Shown piece by piece: positions 37,853 through 48,204 of a DNA stretch of 64,000 nucleotides. The notes below the pieces were generated by a model. That model did no database searches. It was not told the origin of the DNA and was given only the letters and a program-made list of their open reading frames with translations. Where the stretch lies: positions 38,159 to 102,158 of the forward strand of contig JBAZSM010000002.1 in NCBI GenBank assembly GCA_041662425.1, written 5' to 3'. Numbering within the stretch: the first letter of the stretch is position 1; each line of letters opens with the position of its first letter. Both the position numbers and the translations under genes were made by a program. The DNA comes from Pseudolabrys sp. Lineage in GTDB: Bacteria > Pseudomonadota > Alphaproteobacteria > Rhizobiales > Xanthobacteraceae.

Positions 37853-38884
37853 TCAGCTTTCGCGGCGCCGCGCGTTGACCGCAAGCGACAGCAGCGACCG
37901 TTGTGCGATGGCCTCGGCCAGCGCAGCGTTGCGCCGCGCTTCGAGCGAGGCTTCGGCCAGCTGATTCATCGCGCGCAACAGCCCGGCCGCCGACCAGATG
38001 CGCAACGAATCGCCGACCTTGCGTTCGCGAGAGAAATGAATTGGCGGCGCGCCGCGCTTCATCGCGAACTCGGCGGATTCGCCGCCGTCAATGGCCAGCC
38101 TCATCTTGTGCAGATTGGCGACGTGACGGATCGCGGCCGAGATGATGGCGGCCGGCGACGATCCGCCGGCGCGGGCCTTGTTGAATTCGGTTTCGACCTC
38201 GGCGGTCTTGCCGGCGAAGGCGGCATCGATGACGCCGTCGAGCGCCAGCGCCGAAGCATCGGCCACGACCGCCATCACGTCGTCGATCTCGACGCGATCC
38301 TTGCCGCGCGCGTAAAGCGCGAGCTTGCGGATTTCGTTGCGCGATGCGGCGCGGTCGCCGCCGAGCAGGCCGAGCAAGGCACTGCGGGCGTCGACACCGA
38401 TCGCGAGGCCGGCTTCCGTCATTTCATCGTCGATGAGCCGGCCGATGGCGGCGGCGTTGTCGACGTAGCAAGGCAGCGCGGCGCCAACCTTGGCCTTCTC
38501 GATCAGGGCGCGCAGCGGCGAGGATTTTTTCAGGTCGCCGGCTTCGATGATGATGCGGCACTCGTCCGACGGCGCGGCGATCAACTGCTCGACGGCGCCG
38601 GCGATGTTGCGCGAGCCGGGCCGGACCAGCACGGCGCGGCGGCCGCCGAACAACGGCACGGTGTGGGCTTCCTCGACCAGGCGCGACGGGTTGGCGGAAA
38701 TATCTTCGCCCTCGATGCGGACGAACGAAAACGGATCGGCGGGGTCGTCGACCGACGCCTTGACCAGCGCATCGACGCGCTCGCGCACCAGGCCGGCATC
38801 GGGTCCGTAGACAAGCACCACCGGCATGCGCGGATCGGGCTTGGCGACGAAGCGGTCGACGTCGGCGGCTTTGATGGCGGTCAT
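37853..38884 (-). CDS. holA: DNA polymerase III subunit delta
   Basis: 343 aa, MTAIKAADVDRFVAKPDPRMPVVLVYGPDAGLVRERVDALV...; position next to lptE-leuS. Confidence 0.9.
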   Translation of the reverse strand: MTAIKAADVDRFVAKPDPRMPVVLVYGPDAGLVRERVDALVKASVDDPADPFSFVRIEGEDISANPSRLVEEAHTVPLFGGRRAVLVRPGSRNIAGAVEQLIAAPSDECRIIIEAGDLKKSSPLRALIEKAKVGAALPCYVDNAAAIGRLIDDEMTEAGLAIGVDARSALLGLLGGDRAASRNEIRKLALYARGKDRVEIDDVMAVVADASALALDGVIDAAFAGKTAEVETEFNKARAGGSSPAAIISAAIRHVANLHKMRLAIDGGESAEFAMKRGAPPIHFSRERKVGDSLRIWSAAGLLRAMNQLAEASLEARRNAALAEAIAQRSLLSLAVNARRRES

Positions 38885-38932
38885 GGTGCGGCAAACCTAG
38901 TGCGCCCGGCGCCCGTGGGCAATGCAAGGCCT

Positions 38933-39943
38933 TTACAACGGGCGAAGCTGGACCTGATCGCTGAAATGAATCGGCAATGACCGGGCGATTCGGAAACCGC
39001 TGCGTTCGGCCAGCGGCGCGAACCCTTCCAGGCCGCGCGGTATCAGCTTGAAGCCGCTGATGGCGATCGATCGCCGGCGCGCCTTCGTATTGACGGTGAC
39101 GGAACCGACGACGAGCCGGACGCCGCCGGCGTGCAGGGCGCCGAGATTGGCAACGACGGCGTCGTCGCCGCCATATTCAAACAGGCCGCCTTCCGACGAC
39201 GCCGCGACGACAGCGCCGGTCTGCGCCGACTCGCGAAGCAGACGCGTCAGCGCCGATGTGTCGTTCCAGTTATAGGAATGATGCACGAACGTGACGTCAA
39301 CGCCGGCCAGCGAACGGTCATCGGCCTTCAGCGCGTTCAGTGCGTTGGCGCCGAAGAACGGGCCGTCGGCGTCCTGGTCCAGCACGTTGATGACAATGCG
39401 ACGCCGCAACAGATCGGGATGGCTCTGCCGCAGAATGAGCAACGCATTGAGACTGTCGATCGCCGGACCGCCGGCAATGTTGATCAGATGCAGCGGCGCG
39501 CCGCCGGCTTCAAGAATTTCGGCAAGCCCGTCGGCCAGCAGGCGCGCGGTTTGCTGGGTGCGAAGACGCAGCAATGTCAGTTGCGCGGATGCCGCAAACT
39601 TCCTGTCGACCGGTCCGTCATAAGGCGGCGGCAGGTTGTCCGCGCCGAGCTTCAGCACATAAGTCGACAAACCGCCGAGAAATGTCGAATCGGTATTGAA
39701 AAGCGCGCGGGCCAGCAGCGAGCGTTTGCCCAGCGACTTGATCATCAGCCGAAGCAGAAACCGCGGCAGATAACGCCGGCTGCGTTCCTCCTTGGCCGAG
39801 GCATCGAGCAGACGGCGCAGGCTTTCCGGATCGTCGGCCACCGCGAAACGCGGATTCGTCACATCGATGACCGGCAGCCATTGGCCGCTCCGCGTTTCCG
39901 CGGTCACGACAGATGGTGAAATGGAATCGGACATCTGAACCAT
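38933..39943 (-). CDS. hypothetical protein, possibly a Rossmann-fold SAM-dependent methyltransferase-like protein
   Basis: 336 aa. LHLINIAGGPAIDSLNAL resembles SAM motif I, followed by RIVINVLDQD (acidic end of beta-2). No confident family. Inserted between lptE and holA on the same strand. Confidence 0.6.
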   Translation of the reverse strand: MVQMSDSISPSVVTAETRSGQWLPVIDVTNPRFAVADDPESLRRLLDASAKEERSRRYLPRFLLRLMIKSLGKRSLLARALFNTDSTFLGGLSTYVLKLGADNLPPPYDGPVDRKFAASAQLTLLRLRTQQTARLLADGLAEILEAGGAPLHLINIAGGPAIDSLNALLILRQSHPDLLRRRIVINVLDQDADGPFFGANALNALKADDRSLAGVDVTFVHHSYNWNDTSALTRLLRESAQTGAVVAASSEGGLFEYGGDDAVVANLGALHAGGVRLVVGSVTVNTKARRRSIAISGFKLIPRGLEGFAPLAERSGFRIARSLPIHFSDQVQLRPL

Positions 39944-40015
39944 CGCCGATCAGATCAAGCACGACGCGCGATGACAGGCCGCCCGGCAACGCCGCTTGGC
40001 AGCGAGAACCGGCGG

Positions 40016-40585
40016 TCAGGTCCCGGCGACGAAATACGACGCCAGGCGCGAACGGATGTTCTCGGAGATCTGCTTGGAGGCGCGGTTCTCGGCGTCGCGC
40101 AGGCCGCGATCGCCGGCGAAGCGCTGCTGCTGTCCCGGAATATTGTACGAGACGCGGGCGAAGGTCTGGCCGCTCACCAGCGGTTTGCCGGTCGCGGCGT
40201 CGGTCAGCGTATAGGAAGCATTGAGGCCGTAATTCTGGATTTCCGGGCGCGCACTGTTGATGTCGACGATGACCTGCTGCTGCGTCGCCGACAGGAAGAT
40301 AGCGAGCTTGTAGACGCTCGCGGCTGTCGGTCCGCCGCCGGTCAGGTCGAAAATCAGGTCGTTGCGCACTTCGACGCCGATCCGCGCAATGCGGGTGCCG
40401 GCGCCGCCGGCGATCGGCAACACCTCGACGGTGCTCATTTTATCGTTGGCGCTTGCCGCGCCGGGGGCCACCGAACGGTCTCCGTACATCGGCTGAAAAC
40501 AGCCGGCGGTCAGTCCCGCCACGGCCAGGGCGGCGGCGAAACGGGCTATGCGGCGGGCGAGGCGCGGGGCGCTAGGCGACGACAT
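40016..40585 (-). CDS. lptE: LPS-assembly lipoprotein LptE
   Basis: 189 aa, lipobox LTAGC; immediately downstream of and overlapping leuS, the conserved leuS-lptE arrangement. Confidence 0.82.
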   Translation of the reverse strand: MSSPSAPRLARRIARFAAALAVAGLTAGCFQPMYGDRSVAPGAASANDKMSTVEVLPIAGGAGTRIARIGVEVRNDLIFDLTGGGPTAASVYKLAIFLSATQQQVIVDINSARPEIQNYGLNASYTLTDAATGKPLVSGQTFARVSYNIPGQQQRFAGDRGLRDAENRASKQISENIRSRLASYFVAGT

Positions 40586-43208
40586 TCACGATCCTCTGGG
40601 GCACGACAATGACCTTTTTCGGGCTCTTGCCGTCCAGCGCCTTCTTTACCTCATCGAGGGCCAGAACGGCAGCCTCAATCTCCGGGTTGGCGGCGTCGCG
40701 GGCGACCGTAACCTCGCCGCGCTTCTTGCCATTGACCTGAACCGGCAAAGTCACCGTATTTTCAACGAGCAGCGCGGCCTCGAGCTGCGGCCAGGGCACG
40801 GTCGCCACCAGGCCGGTATGGCCCAAGGCGGCCCAGCATTCCTCGGCCAGGTGCGGCATCATTGGCTGGAACAGCCGGACCAGAATGTCGCCAGCCTCGC
40901 GCAGCGCGAAGGCGAAATCCGGCGTCGGCGCGGTCTCAGCCGAACCGATGGAATCGGACAGCGCATTGGCGAATTCGTAAAGATGCGCCACGCAACGATT
41001 GAAGCGCAGCCTGGAAATGTCCTCGCTGACATTGTTGAGCGCGCGATGCGCCGCCTTGCGAAGTTTTTGCGCTTCCGGACCAAAAGTTTCCGGGCGGCTT
41101 TGTGGTCCGGTGACGTCGGCGACTTCGCCGACCAGACGCCACAGCCGCTGCACAAACCGCCAGGCGCCCTGCACGCCTTCCTCGGTCCAGATCACGTCGC
41201 GCTCGGGTGGCGAGTCGGAGAGCATGAACCAGCGCGCGGTGTCGGCACCGTATGACGCAATGATGTCGTCGGGATCGACGGTGTTCTTCTTCGACTTCGA
41301 CATCTTCTCGATCGAGCCGATCTCGATCGGTTCGCCGGTCGTGGTGAGCTTCGCGGTGCGAGTCTCACCCATGCCATCGATCGTGATGTTGGCCGGCTCG
41401 ACCCAGTTGCCGGCCTGGTCGCGATAGGTCTCGTGCACGACCATGCCTTGCGTGAACAGGCCGGCGAACGGCTCGTCCATGCCGATGTGGCCGGTCTTCT
41501 TCATCGCGCGCGTGAAGAAGCGCGAATACAGCAGATGCAAAATCGCGTGCTCGATGCCGCCGATATATTGATCGACCGGCATCCATTCATTCGCCACGGC
41601 CGGCGTCGTCGGCGCCTTCTCGTTCCACGGATCGGTGAAGCGCGCGAAGTACCACGACGAATCGACGAAGGTGTCCATCGTGTCGGTCTCGCGGCGCGCC
41701 GGACCGTCGCACGTCGGGCACTTCACGTTCTTCCACGTCGGATGATGGTCGAGCGGATTGCCCGGTCGGTCGAAGGTGACGTCGTCCGGCAGCTTCACCG
41801 GGAGGCTCTCGATGGGCGCCGGCACCACGCCGCATTTGTCGCAGTGAATGATCGGGATCGGGCAGCCCCAATAGCGCTGGCGCGAAATACCCCAGTCCCG
41901 CAGGCGATAATTCACCTGCCGCGCGCCAACCGGACGATTGCCGCGCGTGTCTTTTTCCAGCCGCCTGGCGACTTCGTCTTTCGCCTGCTCGATGGTCATG
42001 CCGTCGAGGAAGCGCGAGTTGAACAAAGTGCCGGTGCCGTCATAAGCGGTATCGGTGATGACGAAGGTTGCCGGATCCTGGCCAGGGGGCAGCACCACCG
42101 GCGTATTGCCGAGACCGTATTTATTGACGAAGTCGAGGTCGCGCTGATCGTGCGCCGGACAGCCGAAGATGGCGCCGGTGCCGTAATCCATCAGGATGAA
42201 GTTCGCGACATAGACCGGCAGCTTCCAACTCGGATCGAACGGATGCGTGGCGCGGATGCCGGTGTCGAAGCCCATCTTCTCGGCGGTGTCGATGGCCTCT
42301 TGAGAGGTGCCGAGGTGCTTGCACTCCTCGATGAAGGCCGCGAGCTTCGGATTCTTCGCCGCGGCCGCCGTCGCCAAAGGATGATCGGGCGCCAGCGCCA
42401 TGAACTTGGCGCCGAACAGCGTATCCGGCCGCGTCGTGAAAATTTCGAGCTCGGTCTCGCCCGACGGCGTGGTCGCCGTGTCGAGCATGAAGCGGACCAG
42501 CAGGCCTTCGGAGCGGCCGATCCAGTTCTTCTGCATCAGCCGGACCTTCTCCGGCCAGCGGTCGAGCGTATCGAGCGCTTCAAGAAGCTCCTGCGAGTAG
42601 TCGGAGATCTTGAACACCCATTGATAGAGATCGCGCTGCTCGACCAGCGCGCCGGAGCGCCAGCCGCGCCCGTCGATCACCTGCTCGTTGGCGAGCACGG
42701 TGTTATCGACCGGATCCCAGTTCACTTTGCGATATTCGCGCGCGACCAGCCCCGCCTTGAGGAAATCGAGGAACATCTTCTGCTGGTGGCGGTAGTAGGA
42801 TGGATCGCAGGTCGCGACTTCACGCGCCCAGTCGAGCGACAGGCCCATGGACTGGAGCTGCTTCTTCATCGCCGCGATGTTGGCGTAGGTCCATTCCTTG
42901 GGGTGGACCTTGCGGTCGATGGCGGCGTTTTCCGCCGGCATGCCGAAGGCGTCCCACCCCATCGGGTGCAGGACGTTCATGTTCATGGCGCTTTTGAACC
43001 GGGCCACCACGTCGCCCATGGTGTAATTGCGGACATGGCCCATGTGGATGCGCCCCGACGGATAGGGGAACATCTCCAGCACGTAGTATTTCGGCCGGGG
43101 ATCGTCGTTTTTGGCGGCGTAAATGCCGGCCTCGTCCCAGGCTTTTTGCCACTTGGGCTCGGCGGCACGCGCGTTGTAGCGCTCGGTTTTGCTCGAATCG
43201 GCGGTCAT
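40572..43208 (-). CDS. leuS: leucine--tRNA ligase
   Basis: 878 aa, ...[21 protein letters not shown]...KMSKSKKN... Confidence 0.99.
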   Translation of the reverse strand: MTADSSKTERYNARAAEPKWQKAWDEAGIYAAKNDDPRPKYYVLEMFPYPSGRIHMGHVRNYTMGDVVARFKSAMNMNVLHPMGWDAFGMPAENAAIDRKVHPKEWTYANIAAMKKQLQSMGLSLDWAREVATCDPSYYRHQQKMFLDFLKAGLVAREYRKVNWDPVDNTVLANEQVIDGRGWRSGALVEQRDLYQWVFKISDYSQELLEALDTLDRWPEKVRLMQKNWIGRSEGLLVRFMLDTATTPSGETELEIFTTRPDTLFGAKFMALAPDHPLATAAAAKNPKLAAFIEECKHLGTSQEAIDTAEKMGFDTGIRATHPFDPSWKLPVYVANFILMDYGTGAIFGCPAHDQRDLDFVNKYGLGNTPVVLPPGQDPATFVITDTAYDGTGTLFNSRFLDGMTIEQAKDEVARRLEKDTRGNRPVGARQVNYRLRDWGISRQRYWGCPIPIIHCDKCGVVPAPIESLPVKLPDDVTFDRPGNPLDHHPTWKNVKCPTCDGPARRETDTMDTFVDSSWYFARFTDPWNEKAPTTPAVANEWMPVDQYIGGIEHAILHLLYSRFFTRAMKKTGHIGMDEPFAGLFTQGMVVHETYRDQAGNWVEPANITIDGMGETRTAKLTTTGEPIEIGSIEKMSKSKKNTVDPDDIIASYGADTARWFMLSDSPPERDVIWTEEGVQGAWRFVQRLWRLVGEVADVTGPQSRPETFGPEAQKLRKAAHRALNNVSEDISRLRFNRCVAHLYEFANALSDSIGSAETAPTPDFAFALREAGDILVRLFQPMMPHLAEECWAALGHTGLVATVPWPQLEAALLVENTVTLPVQVNGKKRGEVTVARDAANPEIEAAVLALDEVKKALDGKSPKKVIVVPQRIVNVVA

Positions 43209-43355
43209 TTCAGGCTCTTTTTAAGAGCCCGGGTGGTCGCACGGAACGGGGCAAACGGTCAACGGGCGCAGGGCTCGGGGGACAGGCCCCAAGTCGACCA
43301 GGCTCGGCCGGCCCCAGCCGGGGTCAGGCGCGGCGCGCGGCGCGCGATCGCGGCC

Positions 43356-43748
43356 CTATCCCAATAGTTTGGCGATGGTCGCGAGCAGGGCAGACGGCTG
43401 ATAGGGCTTCTCGATCAGGGCCGCCTGCGGAAATCCGCCGGCCGGCCGCTCGTCGCTCCGCATGCCGCTGAGGAAGATGAAGGGAATTCCGTGCTCGGCG
43501 AAGCCCGCCGCGACGGCCAGCCCGGTTGTCAGGTCGCCGCCCAGATGCAGATCGAGAACGCCAAAGTCGTACGCTTCGCCGCGTAACGCCTCCAGCGCCT
43601 TGTCGACGCTGCCGGCGCAGGTGATTTGAGCCCCCGCTCCTTCAAGAATCTCCTGAAGGTCCAGCGCGATCAGGAATTCGTCGTCAATTACCAGTCCGCG
43701 TTTACCGGACAGGGGGCCTTCCGATTTGGGCACGTTGAGATCCTTCAT
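43356..43748 (-). CDS. single-domain response regulator (CheY-like receiver)
   Basis: ...KRGLVIDDEFLIALDLQEILEGAG...FGVLDLHLGGD...PFIFLSG...KPY... ATG at 43748. The ORF-track start 43778 is a GTG. Confidence 0.82.
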   Translation of the reverse strand: MKDLNVPKSEGPLSGKRGLVIDDEFLIALDLQEILEGAGAQITCAGSVDKALEALRGEAYDFGVLDLHLGGDLTTGLAVAAGFAEHGIPFIFLSGMRSDERPAGGFPQAALIEKPYQPSALLATIAKLLG

Positions 43749-43812
43749 CTCAAGAATGGAACCCACGGCTTGTCTCACCAGTTATCCGGTCGCGCATTTA
43801 AATAAGACACAT

Positions 43813-43854
43813 CCGTTCGATGTAACCGGGCGGTTCGATGTAACCGGGCGGTTC
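43813..43854. repeat. 2.3 x 18-bp direct repeat (CGGTTCGATGTAACCGGG) in a divergent promoter region
   Basis: CCGTTCGATGTAACCGGG (43813-43830), CGGTTCGATGTAACCGGG (43831-43848), CGGTTC (43849-43854). About 60 bp upstream of the Crp/Fnr-family gene. Confidence 0.85.
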
Positions 43855-43913
43855 TGGGCAGGGGATGGGATTGTCGTGGCCGGCTTGCCGAAATCCTGGG
43901 TTAGGGGCCGCCG

Positions 43914-44675
43914 ATGATCCTCGGAAATGCCCGCTCGAACGGGCGGCACATCACGCCGTGCGAGCAGTGTCCGCTGCGTCCCTTGCCGTGTCTGCGTGCG
44001 TTCACGCCGGACGAAGTCAGCTTCGTCCAGCATTTCAAGAGCGACGAATTGCGCGTCGAGGCCGGCGCCAGCTTTCTGCGCGAAGGCTCGCGCAGCGACT
44101 ACCTTTACACCGTACTGGACGGCTGGGCCTTCCGCTACAAGATGCTCGACGACGGCCGCCGCCAGATCCTGAATTTCGCCTTGCCTGCCGACATGGTCGG
44201 CCTGCAGGGCGCGGTGATGAAGGAGATGGAGCACTCGGTCGAAGCGCTGACGCCGCTGACCCTGTGCGTGTTTCCGCGCGCCCGTCTCTATGAACTCTAC
44301 ACCCAGGCGCCGAATCTGGCGTTCGACGTGACATGGCTTGCGGCGCGCGAAGAGCAGATGGTCGACGAACATCTGCTTAGCGTCGGCCGCCGCTCGGCTT
44401 TGGAGCGCGTCGCCTATCTGCTGCTGCATCTGTTCGCGCGCGCCAAGGAATTGCGCATGACGAAAGGCGACGCGATCCAGTTTCCGTTCGCGCAGCAGCA
44501 TCTCGCCGACACGCTGGGCATGTCGCTCGTGCACACCAACAAGACCATCAAGCGTCTTTTGGCGAGCGGTTCGGTGCGCTGGCAAGGCCGGACGTTCGAG
44601 TTGCTCGACCGCGCCGCGCTCGTCGAAATCGCGAGGGCGGATGTGCCGCCGATCAAGGAACGACCTTTTATCTAG
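43914..44675 (+). CDS. Crp/Fnr family transcriptional regulator
   Basis: 253 aa. cNMP-binding-like barrel (...YLYTVLDGWAFRYKMLDDGRRQILNFALPADMVGLQ...) and C-terminal HTH (...QQHLADTLGMSLVHTNKTIKRL...). N-terminal CxxC (CEQCPLRPLPC). Confidence 0.88.
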   Translation: MILGNARSNGRHITPCEQCPLRPLPCLRAFTPDEVSFVQHFKSDELRVEAGASFLREGSRSDYLYTVLDGWAFRYKMLDDGRRQILNFALPADMVGLQGAVMKEMEHSVEALTPLTLCVFPRARLYELYTQAPNLAFDVTWLAAREEQMVDEHLLSVGRRSALERVAYLLLHLFARAKELRMTKGDAIQFPFAQQHLADTLGMSLVHTNKTIKRLLASGSVRWQGRTFELLDRAALVEIARADVPPIKERPFI

Positions 44676-44790
44676 CGTTCTCGCCGAATTCCCCGGTCTG
44701 GCCGGCCTCTCGACATGACTGGACTTGTCCCGGCCAAGCCGCTTCGATAGGCAGTGGCCTGCGGCCCTTCAGCGAGGACAACGATTGACG

Positions 44791-45480
44791 ATGCCAACCT
44801 CCGGTCTTTCAACGGTCCGCAGCGAAATCGCGCGCGCCTGCAAGGACGCCGGGCGCGATCCGGCCGATGTGACGCTGGTCGCGGTGTCGAAGACGTTTCC
44901 GGCCGAGGCGATCGTGCCGGTGATCGAGGCCGGCCAACGCGTGTTCGGCGAGAATCGCGTGCAGGAAGCCAAGGGCAAATGGCCGGCGCTGATCGAAAAC
45001 TATTCCGGCATCGCGTTGCATCTGATCGGGCCTCTGCAATCGAACAAGGTCAAGGAAGCCGTGGCGCTGTTCGACGCTATTCACTCGGTCGATCGCGACA
45101 GTTTGTGCGAAGCGCTGGCGAAGGAAATCCAGAAGGCCGGCAGGCAGCCCACTTTGTTCGTGCAGGTCAATACCGGCGCCGAGCCGCAGAAGGCCGGCGT
45201 GCTGCCGCAGGATGCCGATGTTTTCATCAAGGCCTGCTCGGCGACCTACGGACTGACCATTTCCGGATTGATGTGCATCCCGCCGGCAGACGAAGCGCCG
45301 GGACCGCATTTCGCGCTCACGGCCGGGATCGCGCAGCGTAACGGGCTGACGCTTCTGTCGATGGGCATGAGCGCCGATTTCGCCGACGCCATCGCGCTTG
45401 GCGCTACTCATGTGCGGGTCGGCAGCGCGATCTTCGGCGGCCGGCCGCCGCTGACCGAACCGTCAAAGCAGGAGGCGTGA
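44791..45480 (+). CDS. yggS: YggS family pyridoxal phosphate homeostasis protein
   Basis: MPTSGLSTVRSEIARACKDAGRDPADVTLVAVSKTFPAEAI...GENRVQEA..K...HLIGPLQSNK...LSMGMSADF..AI..GATHVRVGSAIFG. Confidence 0.92.
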   Translation: MPTSGLSTVRSEIARACKDAGRDPADVTLVAVSKTFPAEAIVPVIEAGQRVFGENRVQEAKGKWPALIENYSGIALHLIGPLQSNKVKEAVALFDAIHSVDRDSLCEALAKEIQKAGRQPTLFVQVNTGAEPQKAGVLPQDADVFIKACSATYGLTISGLMCIPPADEAPGPHFALTAGIAQRNGLTLLSMGMSADFADAIALGATHVRVGSAIFGGRPPLTEPSKQEA

Positions 45481-45488
45481 GCATCGTC

Positions 45489-46103
45489 ATGGCCAACAAG
45501 ACCGATTTCGAGCACTGGCAGGCGCGTTTCGCCGGCGACGATTATCGCTTCGGCACCGAACCGAATGCGTTCCTCAAAAGTCAGGCGCATCTGCTTCGCA
45601 AGGGGCAGGGCGCGCTGGCGATTGCCGATGGCGAAGGGCGCAACGGCGTGTTCCTCGCCGAGCAGGGCCTCGACGTGCTGTCGATCGATTTTTCGCCGAA
45701 CGCGCAAGCCAAGGCGCGCAAGCTCGCGGCCGAACGCAACGTGACGCTTCGCGTCGAGCAGGCCGATCTGACGACCCGGGAATGGCCGGAGGCGACGTTC
45801 GATGTGGTCGCCGCGATTTTCTTTCAGTTCGCGGCGCCGGCCGAGCGCATCCACATCTTCGCCGGCATCAAGAAGGCGCTGAAGCCCGGCGGCCTGTTGC
45901 TGCTGGAGGGCTATACGCCGAAACAACTTGAATACCGAACCGGCGGACCGTCGCATGTCGAGAATCTCTATACGCGCGAGCTGCTTGAGGCGGCGTTCGC
46001 GGATTTTGCGTCGCTCGATATTCGCGAGTACGAGGCGGAAATCCACGAAGGCGCCGGACACGGCGGCATGTCGGCGCTGATCGATGTCGTGGGGCGCAAG
46101 TAG
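45489..46103 (+). CDS. class I SAM-dependent methyltransferase
   Basis: ...ALAIADGEGRNGVFLAEQGLDVLSIDFS... (motif I and post-I). ATG at 45489 with GGAGG upstream. The ORF-track GTG at 45477 is an alternative. Confidence 0.85.
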   Translation: MANKTDFEHWQARFAGDDYRFGTEPNAFLKSQAHLLRKGQGALAIADGEGRNGVFLAEQGLDVLSIDFSPNAQAKARKLAAERNVTLRVEQADLTTREWPEATFDVVAAIFFQFAAPAERIHIFAGIKKALKPGGLLLLEGYTPKQLEYRTGGPSHVENLYTRELLEAAFADFASLDIREYEAEIHEGAGHGGMSALIDVVGRK

Positions 46104-46113
46104 CGCTTTGATT

Positions 46114-48090
46114 CTATCGGAAACGCGACGGCAGGATCGGCTTGTTCGGCGCGGCCGGATTGCTGCCGAGACTCGAATCAAGCGGCTTCTTCAACAGGCT
46201 TGAGCGAAGCGCGTCGGATCGCGGGGCCGGCGCGGCGGGCTGGGCGGGTGCGTAAACCGGCGGGTAAGCCGGTGCCGGTGCCGCGGGCCTGGCATATTGC
46301 GGCGGATAGGAAGCCGGCGGTGGCGCCGGCTGCAGGGGCGGCGCGTCGAGCGCCGACGAATCATCATAGAGATCGTCGCTGATGCGGTGGCTCATGCTGG
46401 CGCTGCGCCAGCGCTCGATCACCGACGTCAGCAGATCGCGGTCCATACTGAGCCCGGCGTCGGAGCGGGTCGAACCGGACGCCTCGCTGTTCGGCCGCTT
46501 GTCGGCCGGCAGTTCGAGAAAGCGCATGCGCGTCGGCAAGGCGACGCCGGCGCCGAAGGCGAAGACTTCGCGGGTGCCGAGCGAGGGAATGAATTCGAGC
46601 AGGCTGGCCGCCGCATCCGACACCGCGGAGCGGATCAGCTTCTGGTCGCCTTCGCTCGACAGGCGCATGACGAACAGAGACGAGCACTGCGAAATGATAG
46701 TGGTGTCGATTTCGGCCGGGCGCTGCGTGACCAGACCGAGGAAGACGCCGTACTTGCGGCCTTCCTTGGCGATACGCGACAGCGCGCGCTTGGTCGGGCC
46801 GAAGCCGATCTTCTTGTCGGCCGGGGCGTAACGATGCGCTTCTTCGCAGACGAACAGCAGTGGCGCGACGCCGTCGCTCCACAGGCCGAAGTCGAACGCC
46901 ATGCGGCACAGAACCGACACGACCGAGTCGACCACCTCGGCCGGAAAGCCGGCGAGTTGCATCACCGTCATCGGTTTGCCGTTGGGCGGCAGGCGGAACA
47001 GCGCGCCGAGAATTTCCGCCATCGTGTCGCCGCCGATATTGGCGTTCTCGAACATGAAGGCGTAGCGCGGGTGATTGCGGAAGGTCTGAATGCGGCTGAT
47101 CAGCTTGTGGTAGACGCTCGCGCGCGAACGGTTTTCCAGTTTGCCCATGCGCTCGTCGAGCAGGCCGATGAGATCCTCGATGCGGTACGGCACCGGCGTG
47201 TCGGCGGTAAAGCCGGCATCGCGCGTCTCGCGCTTCTTGGTCAGCAGGCCGCTCGCGGCGGTGTTGCCGCCGTTGCGCAGTTGCAGATAGGCGCTCTTGG
47301 CGAGCGGGATCACTTCGGAAAGAATCTCGACTTCTTCCTCGATGCCGGGCCGGCCGCCGAAGAAGGCGTCGACGGTCTCTTCGAAGTTGAACAGCCAGAA
47401 CGGCAGACGCAGGTTGCGCGGGTTGAGGACATTGGCCCGGTCGCCGAAGCAGCGGCCATATTCGTTGTGCGGGTCGACCAGGAAGATGCGCAGGTTCGGG
47501 CGCGTCTCGAGAATCTTTTGCAGAATGATGGCGACGCCGCTCGATTTGCCGACGCCCGTGGTGCCGAGAATGGCGAAGTGGCGGCTGACGAGACTGTCGA
47601 TGTCGACGTGCACGCCGATCTTGGCGTTCTGCTGCAGGTCGCCGATGTAGGCATGGTCGCCATCGGCCATGCCATAGACCTGGCGCAACTCGCGTTCGCC
47701 CAGCATGGCGGCCGCATCGCCGATATTTGGATATTCGGTGACGCCGCGCTGGAAGTTCTGGGCGCCGCCGACATTCTTGATTTCGCCGATAAGATCGAGA
47801 CGGGCGATTTTGCGATAGCCGACGCTGCCGCCGGCGCCGGTGACGGGCTCCTCGCCGACATCGACAATCAGCGCGATGATCACGGCTTTGGCCGCCGTCA
47901 GCGCCATGAACTTGCCGACGGTCGGTGTTTCGCTGCCAAGCGGACGGCCGGTCAGATCGACGCTGGCCTGCGCGCCGGTGACGGCGATGACGCGACCGAT
48001 CATTTGCGATGACGGCGAGCTGCCGACGGGCGGGACGCTATCCATATTCGCCTCGAGCCGTTTCTGTTTTTCGTGGGACCCGGTGTCCAA
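46114..48090 (-). CDS. HerA-like (DUF87) P-loop ATPase with proline-rich C-terminal tail
   Basis: 658 aa. Walker A ILGTTGVGKSSG, Walker B LLFVCEEAHRY, ...GLVTQRPAEIDTTIISQCSSLFVMRL... Tail PPLQPAPPPASYPPQYARPAAPAPAYPPVYAPAQPAAPAP. Start uncertain (48090, 48045 or further in). Confidence 0.85.
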   Translation of the reverse strand: MDTGSHEKQKRLEANMDSVPPVGSSPSSQMIGRVIAVTGAQASVDLTGRPLGSETPTVGKFMALTAAKAVIIALIVDVGEEPVTGAGGSVGYRKIARLDLIGEIKNVGGAQNFQRGVTEYPNIGDAAAMLGERELRQVYGMADGDHAYIGDLQQNAKIGVHVDIDSLVSRHFAILGTTGVGKSSGVAIILQKILETRPNLRIFLVDPHNEYGRCFGDRANVLNPRNLRLPFWLFNFEETVDAFFGGRPGIEEEVEILSEVIPLAKSAYLQLRNGGNTAASGLLTKKRETRDAGFTADTPVPYRIEDLIGLLDERMGKLENRSRASVYHKLISRIQTFRNHPRYAFMFENANIGGDTMAEILGALFRLPPNGKPMTVMQLAGFPAEVVDSVVSVLCRMAFDFGLWSDGVAPLLFVCEEAHRYAPADKKIGFGPTKRALSRIAKEGRKYGVFLGLVTQRPAEIDTTIISQCSSLFVMRLSSEGDQKLIRSAVSDAAASLLEFIPSLGTREVFAFGAGVALPTRMRFLELPADKRPNSEASGSTRSDAGLSMDRDLLTSVIERWRSASMSHRISDDLYDDSSALDAPPLQPAPPPASYPPQYARPAAPAPAYPPVYAPAQPAAPAPRSDALRSSLLKKPLDSSLGSNPAAPNKPILPSRFR

Positions 48091-48204
48091 CCGAATATCA
48101 AATAGCAGGCTGCAATGTGGTGTTTATTAATATGGAACAGTCCGGGCGCCTTCCCGTACCCATGCTTAAGGAACGGTAGCCATAAATCGGTCGGCTCTTA
48201 ACGA

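Noticed and set aside
41433-43367. 644-aa plus-strand ORF
   Set aside because: Antisense to leuS, whose identity is unambiguous. Shadow ORF.
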